Shown in pieces: positions 44,481 through 54,316 of a DNA stretch of 64,000 nt. The position numbers and the translations under genes were made by a program. Origin of the DNA: Prochlorococcus sp. scB241_528O2. Lineage in GTDB: Bacteria > Cyanobacteriota > Cyanobacteriia > PCC-6307 > Cyanobiaceae. The stretch covers positions 8,193 to 72,192 of the forward strand of contig JFLJ01000123.1 of the NCBI GenBank assembly GCA_000634115.1, read 5' to 3'. Every line of letters starts with the position of its first letter. Position 1 is the stretch's first letter. The notes under the pieces are model-generated. The model was not told the origin of the DNA. It worked only from the letters and a program-made list of their open reading frames with translations, and ran no database searches.

Positions 44481-45854
44481 ATGGAAGAAAAAAAATCCTT
44501 TTTAAAAGAAAAGATTGACATCAAGAGTCCTAATAAGAATATCGTGCCTATTACTACATCCATTGATAGTGATGGGAAATTATCAGTGGGTGGATGTTCT
44601 ATTGAAGAATTAGTTCAAAAATATGATTCTCCACTTTACATTTTGGATGAAAACACTTTAAGAAACTCTTGTAGAGCATATAAAAAAGCATTAGAAAAAT
44701 ATTACCCAGGAAAATCACTCCCCATATACGCGTCCAAAGCAAATAGCTCTATATTCATGAGTAACCTTATCGCATCAGAAGGTTTAGGACTTGATGCGGT
44801 TTCAGAAGGAGAACTATTAACTGCTTTGAAAGGTGGGGTCCCAAATGAGAAAATTGTTTTTCATGGAAATAATAAATCCGACAAAGAAATAGATTTTGCA
44901 ATTAGAAATAATATTAAAGTTATTGTGGATAATGATTATGACTTAGCAAGATTAGAGGAACTCTCAAATGCATATAATCATGACATAGAAATTATGATTC
45001 GCTTTACTCCTGGGATAGAATGCCATACACATGAATACATAAGAACCGGATCATTTGATAGCAAATTTGGTTTCGGCATTGAATATTTAAGTATTTTATT
45101 TGCCAGGATAAGTAATACAAAACACCTAAAATTAAAAGGATTACATGCTCATATTGGTTCCCAGATTTTCGAATTAGACCCTCATAAAGATCTAGGAGAA
45201 ATAATGGTGAATGTTATTGTAGACGCCAAAAAATTTGGCCATGATATTAGAAAATTGAATGTTGGTGGAGGTTTAGGTATTAAATATACCGAAAATGACG
45301 ATCCCCCCTCCATTGACGAATGGGTAAAAACAATTTCCACTTCGGTTGTTAAAGCTTGCAAAAAACACAATTTAGATTTACCTACATTAATGTGTGAGCC
45401 TGGAAGGTCGATTGTATCAACAGCAGGAATAACAATTTACAAAATTGGGGCGTTTAAAAAAATTCCAGGAATCAGAACTTATTTATCTGTAGATGGCGGG
45501 ATGAGTGATAATCCAAGACCGATAACATACCAATCAAATTATTCTGCATGTTTGGTAAATAATCCCTTTAATAAAAATTCCAAGAAAAAATATACTATTG
45601 CAGGTAAGCACTGCGAATCAGGAGATGTACTATTTAAGGAAATAGAACTGGCAGATTGCAAAACAGGAGATCTTATATGTGTTTTTGGAACTGGTGCATA
45701 CAATAATTCAATGAGTTCTAACTACAACAGAATTCCAAGACCTGCTGCTCTAATAGTTTCTGATGGTGAAGCAGATATTATTCAAAAAAGAGAAAGTTCA
45801 CTTGATCTTTTAAAATATGATGTCTTACCTGATCGCTTTATTAAACAAAATTAG
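44481..45854 (+). CDS. lysA: Diaminopimelate decarboxylase
   Basis: YASKA, HGNNKS, SKFG, HIGSQ, EPGRS, HCESGD, GAY. Confidence 0.96.
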   Translation: MEEKKSFLKEKIDIKSPNKNIVPITTSIDSDGKLSVGGCSIEELVQKYDSPLYILDENTLRNSCRAYKKALEKYYPGKSLPIYASKANSSIFMSNLIASEGLGLDAVSEGELLTALKGGVPNEKIVFHGNNKSDKEIDFAIRNNIKVIVDNDYDLARLEELSNAYNHDIEIMIRFTPGIECHTHEYIRTGSFDSKFGFGIEYLSILFARISNTKHLKLKGLHAHIGSQIFELDPHKDLGEIMVNVIVDAKKFGHDIRKLNVGGGLGIKYTENDDPPSIDEWVKTISTSVVKACKKHNLDLPTLMCEPGRSIVSTAGITIYKIGAFKKIPGIRTYLSVDGGMSDNPRPITYQSNYSACLVNNPFNKNSKKKYTIAGKHCESGDVLFKEIELADCKTGDLICVFGTGAYNNSMSSNYNRIPRPAALIVSDGEADIIQKRESSLDLLKYDVLPDRFIKQN

Positions 45855-45882
45855 GTACATTTAAATTAATTTTGTTTTTAAT

Positions 45883-46791
45883 GTGAATTTCTGGGGGATT
45901 ATAAATTTAAAACTTTTATTAGATGTCTTATTTGCTATTGGATTCGGACTTTTATTATTTTCTAGAGTAAAAGAACAAAGGACATTATGGCTTTTAAGAG
46001 GATATTTGTTGTTAGTCTCAACCGCATGGTTTATCCAAAGATATGCATTCCTTCCATTAACATCGAAATTAATTGATGCTGTAGTCCTAGCTTGCTCTCT
46101 TTCCTTAGCGATTCTTTGGCAAGGAGAACTAAGAAGATTAATGGAATTATTAGGCACTGGGAGGCTAGCTGTGTTACTAGGAAATCCACCAAAAGAATTT
46201 AGAGCGGCATCAAGTACTATTACACAGTTAGTTGATACTGCAGGTAAACTGTCAAAGAATAGAAGAGGTGCTCTAATTGTTGTCGATTTGGGGAGTGATT
46301 TAAGGCCTGAAGATTTTTTATATTCAGGTACTAATATTGATGCCCAATTGTCAACTGAACTTTTAATAAACCTTTTTGCGACAGATACACCGTTACATGA
46401 TGGAGCAGTTCTTATTAAAGGCAATAAAATAATATCTGCTGGTGTAATACTTCCTCTCTCGAGACAAGGAATTAGTAGATACGGTACAAGACATTTAGCG
46501 GCATTAGGAATTACAGAAAGATTTGACAGATGTATTTGTATTGTTGTCTCTGAGGAGACAGGCACGTTGTCATTAGCAAATCAAGGAAAACTTGAAAGAC
46601 CAATTACCAGCAGTAGATTACAAGAACTTCTTATAAATTTGATTGGCAATCAAAACTCTATGGGGACAAGTAAAACATCATTAAGTAAAAATGCTTTATC
46701 CCAAAAGACAAATACAAGTGATATTATTGTCAGTGAAATTGATGAAAAAGAATCCAATAAATCAGAAAGTCTTACTAAAATAAATGAATAA
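45883..46791 (+). CDS. cdaA: Diadenylate cyclase (3 TM plus DAC domain)
   Basis: QGELRR, GALIV, TPLHDGAV, GTRHLAALG, VVSEETG; lysA-cdaA-uppS order. Confidence 0.9.
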   Translation: MNFWGIINLKLLLDVLFAIGFGLLLFSRVKEQRTLWLLRGYLLLVSTAWFIQRYAFLPLTSKLIDAVVLACSLSLAILWQGELRRLMELLGTGRLAVLLGNPPKEFRAASSTITQLVDTAGKLSKNRRGALIVVDLGSDLRPEDFLYSGTNIDAQLSTELLINLFATDTPLHDGAVLIKGNKIISAGVILPLSRQGISRYGTRHLAALGITERFDRCICIVVSEETGTLSLANQGKLERPITSSRLQELLINLIGNQNSMGTSKTSLSKNALSQKTNTSDIIVSEIDEKESNKSESLTKINE

Positions 46792-46794
46792 CTA

Positions 46795-47598
46795 ATGAAT
46801 TTAGAAAATATAATTCACAAGAAAAATAATGACTTATCCAAAAGAATAGATAAGCAAAAAGTTCCAGAACATGTAGCAATAATAATGGACGGAAATGGGA
46901 GATGGGCAACTAAAAAAGGCTTACCTCGATCATTTGGTCACAACAAGGGGGTTAGTGTATTAAAAGAAATTCTTAAAGTATCAAAAAAATTAGGTTGCAA
47001 GATACTTACTGTTTATGCTTTTTCAACTGAAAACTGGACAAGGCCCACAAAAGAAGTTGATTTCCTTATAAATCTTTTTAGCGAAGTTTTGAAAAACGAA
47101 ATTGAAGAGATTCATCAAGAATTAATTAAAATAAGATTTATCGGAGATTTAACCCCTTTCCCAGAGACTTTAAAAAAAATAATCTACAATTCAGAATCTC
47201 TAACTAAAAACAACAAAAATTTCTTATTAAATGTTTGTGTAAATTACGGCGGTAGGCAAGAAATTGTAAAAGTTGCAAAAGAACTAGCATTAAAATCTTC
47301 TTCAGGGGAAATAAAACCAAGTGAAGTTGATGAAGAATTATTTAATTCCGAGCTCTTAACCCAAGGGAGTAAAGATCCAGAATTACTAATAAGAACTAGT
47401 GGAGAAAAAAGGATAAGTAATTTTCTTTTATGGCAATTAGCTTATTCAGAAATTTATATATCTGATGTTCTATGGCCAGACTTCAATGAATTCGAATTTC
47501 TTAAAGCAATAATTGATTACCAATCAAGGAATAGACGTTTCGGCGGTATAGAATCATTACCAAATGAATCTTTTAAAGATTCTCAATGTTCTTCCTAA
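46795..47598 (+). CDS. uppS: cis-prenyltransferase (undecaprenyl diphosphate synthase)
   Basis: IMDGNGRWA, AFSTENW.RP, NYGGR, IRTSGEKRISNFLLWQ, RRFGG. Confidence 0.96.
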   Translation: MNLENIIHKKNNDLSKRIDKQKVPEHVAIIMDGNGRWATKKGLPRSFGHNKGVSVLKEILKVSKKLGCKILTVYAFSTENWTRPTKEVDFLINLFSEVLKNEIEEIHQELIKIRFIGDLTPFPETLKKIIYNSESLTKNNKNFLLNVCVNYGGRQEIVKVAKELALKSSSGEIKPSEVDEELFNSELLTQGSKDPELLIRTSGEKRISNFLLWQLAYSEIYISDVLWPDFNEFEFLKAIIDYQSRNRRFGGIESLPNESFKDSQCSS

Positions 47599-47604
47599 CA
47601 AAAA

Positions 47605-48612
47605 ATGGTTAATTTGAATAAGCAGATATATAGCGAAATAAGATTCGATTGGGATAGAAAGGAGATTTTGGAAATACTTAATATGCCTCTGATTGATTTG
47701 ATGTGGAAATCACAAATAGTTCACAGGGAATTTAACAACTACAAAGTTCAACTAGCATCATTATTTAGCGTAAAGACTGGAGGATGTGAGGAAAATTGTT
47801 CATATTGTAGCCAGTCAATATATAGTGCTAGCGAAATAAAAAGTAACCCACAATTTGAAGTTGAAGAGGTTTTAGCAAGAGCTCAAAAAGCAAAAAGTGA
47901 GGGCGCAGATAGGTTTTGCATGGGTTGGGCATGGAGAGAGATTAGAGACGGAAAATCTTTTAATGCAATGTTGAAGATGGTAAGAGGTGTTAGAGATCTA
48001 GGAATGGAAGCATGCGTTACCGCAGGAATGCTTACCGAAGAACAAGCCTCAAGACTAGCTGAAGCAGGTTTAACCGCATATAATCACAACCTTGATACTA
48101 GTCCAGAGTATTACAAAAATATTATTACTACTAGAACTTATCAAGACAGATTAGATACTATCAAGAGAGTAAGAAATGCAGGAATAAATGTATGTTGTGG
48201 TGGAATAATAGGGTTAGGGGAAACAACTGGTGATAGAGCATCTCTTTTGGAAGTCCTTTCAAACATGAATCCTCATCCTGAAAGTGTTCCTATAAATTCA
48301 TTAGTAGCTATTGAAGGTACTGGTTTAGAAAATAATCAAGACATTGATTCGATTGAGATGATTAGGATGATAGCTACGGCAAGAATTCTTATGCCTAAGA
48401 GCAAAATAAGATTAAGTGCAGGGCGAGAGAAACTTTCAAAAGAGGCTCAAATCTTATGTTTTCAATGTGGTGCAAATTCAATTTTTTATGGAGATGAATT
48501 ACTCACGACTTCAAATCCATCTTTTCAATCAGACAGAAACCTTCTAAAAGAGGTTGGCGTTCAATTTAATAAAGATTTTGAAACTTCTGAAAAAACATTA
48601 TCTTCGTTATGA
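47605..48612 (+). CDS. bioB: Biotin synthase
   Basis: [15 protein letters not shown] radical SAM motif, [19 protein letters not shown]. Confidence 0.96.
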   Translation: MVNLNKQIYSEIRFDWDRKEILEILNMPLIDLMWKSQIVHREFNNYKVQLASLFSVKTGGCEENCSYCSQSIYSASEIKSNPQFEVEEVLARAQKAKSEGADRFCMGWAWREIRDGKSFNAMLKMVRGVRDLGMEACVTAGMLTEEQASRLAEAGLTAYNHNLDTSPEYYKNIITTRTYQDRLDTIKRVRNAGINVCCGGIIGLGETTGDRASLLEVLSNMNPHPESVPINSLVAIEGTGLENNQDIDSIEMIRMIATARILMPKSKIRLSAGREKLSKEAQILCFQCGANSIFYGDELLTTSNPSFQSDRNLLKEVGVQFNKDFETSEKTLSSL

Positions 48613-49541
48613 AAGACAAAATTTATAAAATAGTTTCACTTTACTTTTTCTTCCCATTTCAAGAAAACTTAATTCTTGAGCTAAGAGATAAGTTATTAAA
48701 CTTGGAAAATAAATTCGATCTTTCAGGCTTATTAATTTTTGCAAGTGAAGGTATTAATGGAACTATTTGTGGTGAAGAAAATGTAATTGAAATTGTTATG
48801 AATTTACTTAAGAAATATACAGATACAAGAAAATTAAATATTAAAGTGTCCTTTTCAAAAACTAAAGTCTTCAAAAAATTAAAAATAAAAATCAAAAAAG
48901 AAATAGTTACTATGGGTGTACCTGAAATAAACCCGTCACAAGATACTGGGAATTATATTAACTCAGTAACATGGAATAAGTTAATTAAAAATAAAAATAC
49001 AATAATCATTGATACTAGAAATCATTATGAGGTTTCTATAGGGACATTTCAAAATTCGATAAACCCAAATACAAGAAATTTCAGTGAATTCCCCAGCTGG
49101 GTAGATAATCATTTAGATAGTTATATAGAGAATAGAGAGTCTACAAATATTGCAATGTTCTGTACCGGTGGGATCAGATGCGAAAAAGCTACAAGTTTAC
49201 TGAAAAATAAAGGTTATTATAATATATATCACCTACAAGGGGGTATACTTCAATATCTTGATGATATATCAGAAGAAGAAAATTTATTTAAAGGTGAATG
49301 TTTTGTTTTTGATAAAAGAGTTGCTTTAGATCATGAATTAAAAAAAGGTTCCTATTCCATTTGTCATGCATGTGGGATGCCAATCTCAGTTCAAGATCAA
49401 AAAAGAAAAGAATATAGAGAGGGTATCCAATGTCATTTCTGCATAAATCAATTCAGTGACGATGATAGAAAAAGATTTGAAGAAAGACAAAAACAAATCG
49501 ACAGATTAAAAGGGGAAAATCAAAAAGTTTATCAAGATTAG
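48609..49541 (+). CDS. trhO: Rhodanese-domain tRNA uridine(34) hydroxylase (TrhO/YceA family)
   Basis: [46 protein letters not shown]; ATGA overlap with bioB. Confidence 0.85.
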   Translation: MKDKIYKIVSLYFFFPFQENLILELRDKLLNLENKFDLSGLLIFASEGINGTICGEENVIEIVMNLLKKYTDTRKLNIKVSFSKTKVFKKLKIKIKKEIVTMGVPEINPSQDTGNYINSVTWNKLIKNKNTIIIDTRNHYEVSIGTFQNSINPNTRNFSEFPSWVDNHLDSYIENRESTNIAMFCTGGIRCEKATSLLKNKGYYNIYHLQGGILQYLDDISEEENLFKGECFVFDKRVALDHELKKGSYSICHACGMPISVQDQKRKEYREGIQCHFCINQFSDDDRKRFEERQKQIDRLKGENQKVYQD

Positions 49542-49553
49542 TTTTCCATAATT

Positions 49554-50054
49554 ATGAAGATTGAAGAATTAGAAAAATTTTCACGTTCGATTGGACTCTT
49601 AATTAAAATTCAAGTTAGGGAGACTCTTGGATTATGTTTTTTTAGAATCGTAATAGCTGAACAAAAAGATAACATCATAAAGATTTGGGGAGAAATGAAA
49701 GGTTGGACTTATTTGAATAAGAAGGGCATCCAACTTGATACACTAAGAATCCTAAGTAAAGCCCCTCCATTTGTTTCAGAATTAATATGGGCAACAACTA
49801 TGGCTTGGGCAATTGAAAAAAAATCAAGTAATAAAGCAAGACTCTTAGCCATTTTCGATAGTGAAGGATATAGCAAAAAACTTGTAAGATACTTCAAATT
49901 AATAGGATTTAAAATTGTAAAAGAAGTTGGTTCTAGCCCAGCAGATCTTTTTTTAAGATTAGTTTGGGGAGGTGCAGGGACACTTATGACAGGAGAATGT
50001 ATTTCCATATTGAAAAAACTTGAAAAGAAACTCTCTTTAATTAAAGATATTTAA
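49554..50054 (+). CDS. Conserved hypothetical protein, possible degenerate GNAT fold
   Basis: LDTLRI, LLAIFDS, LVRYFKLIGF, LVWGGAGTLM. Confidence 0.7.
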   Translation: MKIEELEKFSRSIGLLIKIQVRETLGLCFFRIVIAEQKDNIIKIWGEMKGWTYLNKKGIQLDTLRILSKAPPFVSELIWATTMAWAIEKKSSNKARLLAIFDSEGYSKKLVRYFKLIGFKIVKEVGSSPADLFLRLVWGGAGTLMTGECISILKKLEKKLSLIKDI

Positions 50055-50950
50055 CCAGCATGATAACTACTTCTAACTAAGGGACCAGAAGATACTTTCT
50101 TGAATCCTAATTCTTTGGAGAATCGATATAAATATTCAAACTCTGATGGATCCCAATATTTCTTAACTGCCAAATGATTTAAAGAGGGTCTTAAATATTG
50201 GCCAATTGTAATTTGATCACAATCTATTTTTTTAAGGTCATAAATTGTTTTTTTTATTTCATCCAATGTTTCCCCAAGACCCAACATAATTCCTGATTTA
50301 GTTTGAATATGAGGAGCAATATCTTTTGACTTTTTTAGTAAAATTAGTGATTTCTTGTAATTAGCACCTCTCCTAACTTCTTTCTGAAGTCTTTCAACAG
50401 TTTCAAGATTATGATTAAAACAAGTTGGATCTTTTTCTAAAATCATCTTCAACCTTTCGGTCTGAAGATTATTAGTTTCATCATAATTTTTGCCTCCTCC
50501 CCAGAAATCAGGAGTTAAAACCTCTACTTTTATAGTTGAATCAATTTTTCTAATCTCATTTATTGTAGATATAAATAAATTTGCACCGTGATCAGGGAGA
50601 TCATCTCTAGCTACGGATGTTAAAACAACATATTTCAGATTTAGTACTTTTACTGCATCAGCGACTTGAATACATTCATCAATATTGATTGCACTAGGTC
50701 TACCTTTATTTACCTGACAGAAAGCACAAGAACGAGAGCATATCGATCCACCCAGTAAAAAAGTGGCTGTTCCTGATGCATAACATTCTGCTCTATTTGG
50801 ACATCTTGCTTCTTCACAAATAGTATGAATATTTGATTTTTTGATAATTGTTTGTATTTTTTCAAACTCTGAAGCTTTACTAATAGGAAATTTTATCCAA
50901 GAGGGGAGTCTTAAAATTTTTTCTTGCTTGATTAGATTATTTTGTCTCAT
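50051..50950 (-). CDS. lipA: Lipoyl synthase
   Basis: CEEARCPNRAEC, CSRSCAFC, TSVARDDL, RSSY. Confidence 0.96.
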   Translation of the reverse strand: MRQNNLIKQEKILRLPSWIKFPISKASEFEKIQTIIKKSNIHTICEEARCPNRAECYASGTATFLLGGSICSRSCAFCQVNKGRPSAINIDECIQVADAVKVLNLKYVVLTSVARDDLPDHGANLFISTINEIRKIDSTIKVEVLTPDFWGGGKNYDETNNLQTERLKMILEKDPTCFNHNLETVERLQKEVRRGANYKKSLILLKKSKDIAPHIQTKSGIMLGLGETLDEIKKTIYDLKKIDCDQITIGQYLRPSLNHLAVKKYWDPSEFEYLYRFSKELGFKKVSSGPLVRSSYHAG

Positions 50951-50952
50951 TT

Positions 50953-51552
50953 CTAATTTAGTTTTGTTCTTCCTTCTAAGGCTCTTGCAAGTGTAACTTC
51001 ATCTACATATTCAAGTTCACTGCCCATTGGGAGGCCATATGCAATCCTCGTAACTTTAGTAAAAGGGGCTAATAATTTTCCAATATAAAGACTTGTTGTA
51101 TCTCCTTCAATACTTGGGGTCAATGCCAATATGATCTCATCTATTTCAGACTTACTAACTCGTTCTACTAGGCTTCTTATTTCTAAGATTTCAGGGCCAA
51201 CAGAATCCATTGGAGAGATTAAACCACCTATAACATGGTAGACACCTTTAAATTCTCTAGCACGTTCTAAAGCAAGCAAATCTTTGGTTTCTGCTACTAC
51301 ACAGATTAGTTTTTGGTTTCTTTCATTATTTCTACAAATCTCACATTCATCTTCTGAAGTCAAATTGAAGCATTTCTTACAACGACCAACATTACTATGA
51401 GCTTCTAACAAGGCCTTCGAAAAATCCCTTATTGTACTCTCAGGTTGTTTTAAAATAAACAGGGCTAATCGTTGAGCTGTTCTTGGACCAATCCCTGGAA
51501 ATTTCTCAAAATGGCCAATTAATTTCGAAAGTGGTTTGGTATAGGTAATCAA
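50953..51552 (-). CDS. recR: Recombination mediator RecR
   Basis: [10 protein letters not shown] HhH, CKKC..CEIC zinc finger, EGDTT, RIAYG; TTG start. Confidence 0.96.
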   Translation of the reverse strand: MITYTKPLSKLIGHFEKFPGIGPRTAQRLALFILKQPESTIRDFSKALLEAHSNVGRCKKCFNLTSEDECEICRNNERNQKLICVVAETKDLLALERAREFKGVYHVIGGLISPMDSVGPEILEIRSLVERVSKSEIDEIILALTPSIEGDTTSLYIGKLLAPFTKVTRIAYGLPMGSELEYVDEVTLARALEGRTKLN

Positions 51553-51655
51553 AATTAAACTATATCTAGGAATAATTTAGACGCAAAATTCTGAATTGCC
51601 ATAATTCTTTGCTTTTAATGTCTTATTATGTTTTTAGTTAGTAATTTCAAACAAA

Positions 51656-52213
51656 ATGAAAAATATTCCATTTAACCCATTCAAATATTTATTTTTGATT
51701 TTTCTGTGTTTAACACTTAGTGCTTGCAGTGGAGGTCTAAATGCGGGATTAGAAGCTTATCAAAGCCCCGATGGAAGATATGCTTTTTTGTATCCAACAG
51801 GATGGACTAGAGTAAAAGTTGATGGAGGACCTGAAATTATTTATCATGATTTAATTAATAGTAATGAGACATTAAGTTTAGTAATTTCTGAAGTAAATAA
51901 AGAGGTGCAATTAGAGCAGTTAGGAAGCCCAAGTGAAGTAGGCAAAACATTAATTGATAAAGTTATTGCGCCTGAAGGTTCAGGTAGAGAGGTGAAACTT
52001 ATTAATGCCAAGAAGAGGGAGGGATCCAATCATATTTTCTATGATTTAGAGTATGAACTAAATTTGAATGAACAGGATAGACATGAACTTGCTACTGTCG
52101 TAATTGATAGAGGAACACTTTATACTTTTGCTGTAGGAACAAATGAAGAGAGATGGAATAAAGTTGATGGAATGTTTATTAATGTAATTGAATCGTTTAA
52201 CTTCTTAATATAG
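51656..52213 (+). CDS. psbP: Photosystem II lipoprotein CyanoP
   Basis: LSAC lipobox, YAFLYPTGW, LGSPSEVG, ERW. Confidence 0.9.
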   Translation: MKNIPFNPFKYLFLIFLCLTLSACSGGLNAGLEAYQSPDGRYAFLYPTGWTRVKVDGGPEIIYHDLINSNETLSLVISEVNKEVQLEQLGSPSEVGKTLIDKVIAPEGSGREVKLINAKKREGSNHIFYDLEYELNLNEQDRHELATVVIDRGTLYTFAVGTNEERWNKVDGMFINVIESFNFLI

Positions 52214-52229
52214 TTTTAGAAAATCTATA

Positions 52230-54002
52230 CTATATGCCTACCTGAACATTCCACAAATCTGAATATATTTTGTTCTGATCTAATAGCTTCTCATGAGTTC
52301 CACTTTCAACTATTTTACCTTTATCAATAACAATAATATTGTCGGCATTTTTTATAGTGCTTAATCTATGAGCTATTACTATAGTGGTTCTTTCTTTTGT
52401 GATTTTAGATAATGATTTTTGAATTAAAGCCTCAGTTTCATTGTCAACAGAGGCTGTAGCTTCATCTAATATTAAAATTGGGGCATCCTTTAAAACAGCC
52501 CTCGCCAATGCAATTCTTTGACGTTGACCTCCTGAGAGCCTTTGCCCCCTTTCTCCCACTATAGTTTTATATCCATCTGGCAATTGTTCAATAAATTTAT
52601 GAGCTTCTGCAATCTTTGAGGCCTTAATGATGTTTTTAAAACTTGGGTTAATTGAGCCATAAGCAATATTTTCTTGAACGGTGCCATGAAATAAATAAGT
52701 TTCTTGACTAACTAAAGATATACACTTTCTTAAATCCCTCAAATTAATTTCTTTAACAGAAATGTCATCCAAGGTTATTAAACCATTATTACTATCATAA
52801 ATCCTTAGGAGAAGTTTGATTATTGTACTTTTTCCGGAACCTGTTAAACCAACAATTCCTAATGTTGAGTTATTTTCAATTTTGAAATTTATGTTTTTTA
52901 AAGTTAAATCTCGACCAGGATAATTAAAATTTACATTATTAAAAATTATTTTTCCTTTGGTATCCTTAGGTTTAATTCTTATTTTTCCATCTTTTATTTT
53001 TATAGGTGTATCTATAAGATCAATTACTCTATCTATTGATGCCATAGATCTCTGAAAATCATCTAAAACATGTCCCAAAGTAGTTAAAGGCCATAATAGT
53101 CTTTGTGTAATAAATACTAAAAAACTATAAGTACCTACATTAAGTGTCTTATTCCAAGTTTGGAACCCTCCGATTAATAGAATTGCTATAAAAGCAAATA
53201 ATATTGCGAATCTTATAAGAGGAATAAAAGCTGAAGATAATTTTATTGCAGCCTTATTACTTCTTTGATAAGCGAGACTTTCTTTATTTAATTTATTAAG
53301 TTCCCATTTTTCTTTAGTAAAACTTTTTATAGTCAGAATTCCACTTAAATTATTATTAAGTCTTGACGCCAGCAATCCAGCTTTATTTCTTACATCTTTA
53401 TATTTTGGGGCAAGCTTCCTTTGAAAGTTAATTGATCCTAAAAATATGATAGGAATAGGGAAGAAAGCAAATAAAGCAATTTTTGGAGCAACAAAAATCA
53501 TAGTGCCTCCAATTATTAAGACAGTTATAAATAACTGAATAATCTGATTAGCCCCTTGGTCTAGAAATCTCTCGAGTTGATTTATATCATCATTCAAAAT
53601 AGATAATAGCCTACCAGTATTATCGCTTTCAAAAAAGTCCATATCTAATTCCTGAATATGTTCATAAGCTTTTATTCTTAATTTATGTTGCGATAGCTGA
53701 GCCAAATTTCTCCATAAAACCGAATATAAATATTCAAATGAAGATTCTCCTGACCAAACTATTCCTGATGCAAATGCAAGGAAAATCAATTGTGCTGGAA
53801 CTTCGTTTATACCAAAACCAGCAATCCATGAATTCTGTTGTTTTACAACGATATCCACGGCAAGACCAATTATTACAGGGGGAGCTAAATCTAATATTTT
53901 ATTAATTATGGAACTAAAAAAAGCAAAAAATAGTAATCTTCTTTCTTCAATAAGATTCAAATAAAGTCTAATTATTGGATTTTGATTATTCTTAGATCTC
54001 AT
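52230..54002 (-). CDS. ABC exporter, fused TMD plus NBD (MsbA-like)
   Basis: TM domain, GLTGSGKS, LSGGQRQR, ILDEAT, IAHRL. Confidence 0.92.
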   Translation of the reverse strand: MRSKNNQNPIIRLYLNLIEERRLLFFAFFSSIINKILDLAPPVIIGLAVDIVVKQQNSWIAGFGINEVPAQLIFLAFASGIVWSGESSFEYLYSVLWRNLAQLSQHKLRIKAYEHIQELDMDFFESDNTGRLLSILNDDINQLERFLDQGANQIIQLFITVLIIGGTMIFVAPKIALFAFFPIPIIFLGSINFQRKLAPKYKDVRNKAGLLASRLNNNLSGILTIKSFTKEKWELNKLNKESLAYQRSNKAAIKLSSAFIPLIRFAILFAFIAILLIGGFQTWNKTLNVGTYSFLVFITQRLLWPLTTLGHVLDDFQRSMASIDRVIDLIDTPIKIKDGKIRIKPKDTKGKIIFNNVNFNYPGRDLTLKNINFKIENNSTLGIVGLTGSGKSTIIKLLLRIYDSNNGLITLDDISVKEINLRDLRKCISLVSQETYLFHGTVQENIAYGSINPSFKNIIKASKIAEAHKFIEQLPDGYKTIVGERGQRLSGGQRQRIALARAVLKDAPILILDEATASVDNETEALIQKSLSKITKERTTIVIAHRLSTIKNADNIIVIDKGKIVESGTHEKLLDQNKIYSDLWNVQVGI

Positions 54003-54025
54003 AAAATAACAATTAAATTTTTAAG

Positions 54026-54307
54026 TTATAAGTTAAAACTTTCTTGAGTTTGTAATTTACATTTTGTTTTTGCATCTTGATGACTTGCAGTTTGTATAAA
54101 TTCTTCTAAATAACATTCACAAGTTTGGTTTGCAATTTCATCACTATATTCCATTTCTGCTTTCATCATTTGCTCTTTGACACTCTGAAGACAGAATAAT
54201 TTTATGATTGAATTTTGTTGCGTTTGGGCTAAATAGTTGCTATTTAAAGAGTTGATTAGAATCATCAGATTCACAAAAATAAGTAAATCGTATTTACTGG
54301 CTTTCAT
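54026..54307 (-). CDS. Small hypothetical exported protein with four Cys
   Basis: Signal-like N-terminus ending YLA; LFCL...TCECY...KCK. Confidence 0.7.
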   Translation of the reverse strand: MKASKYDLLIFVNLMILINSLNSNYLAQTQQNSIIKLFCLQSVKEQMMKAEMEYSDEIANQTCECYLEEFIQTASHQDAKTKCKLQTQESFNL

Positions 54308-54316
54308 TATCTATAC

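Noticed and set aside
45861-46565. 234-aa antisense ORF
   Set aside because: Lies entirely opposite cdaA with no recognisable motifs; shadow ORF
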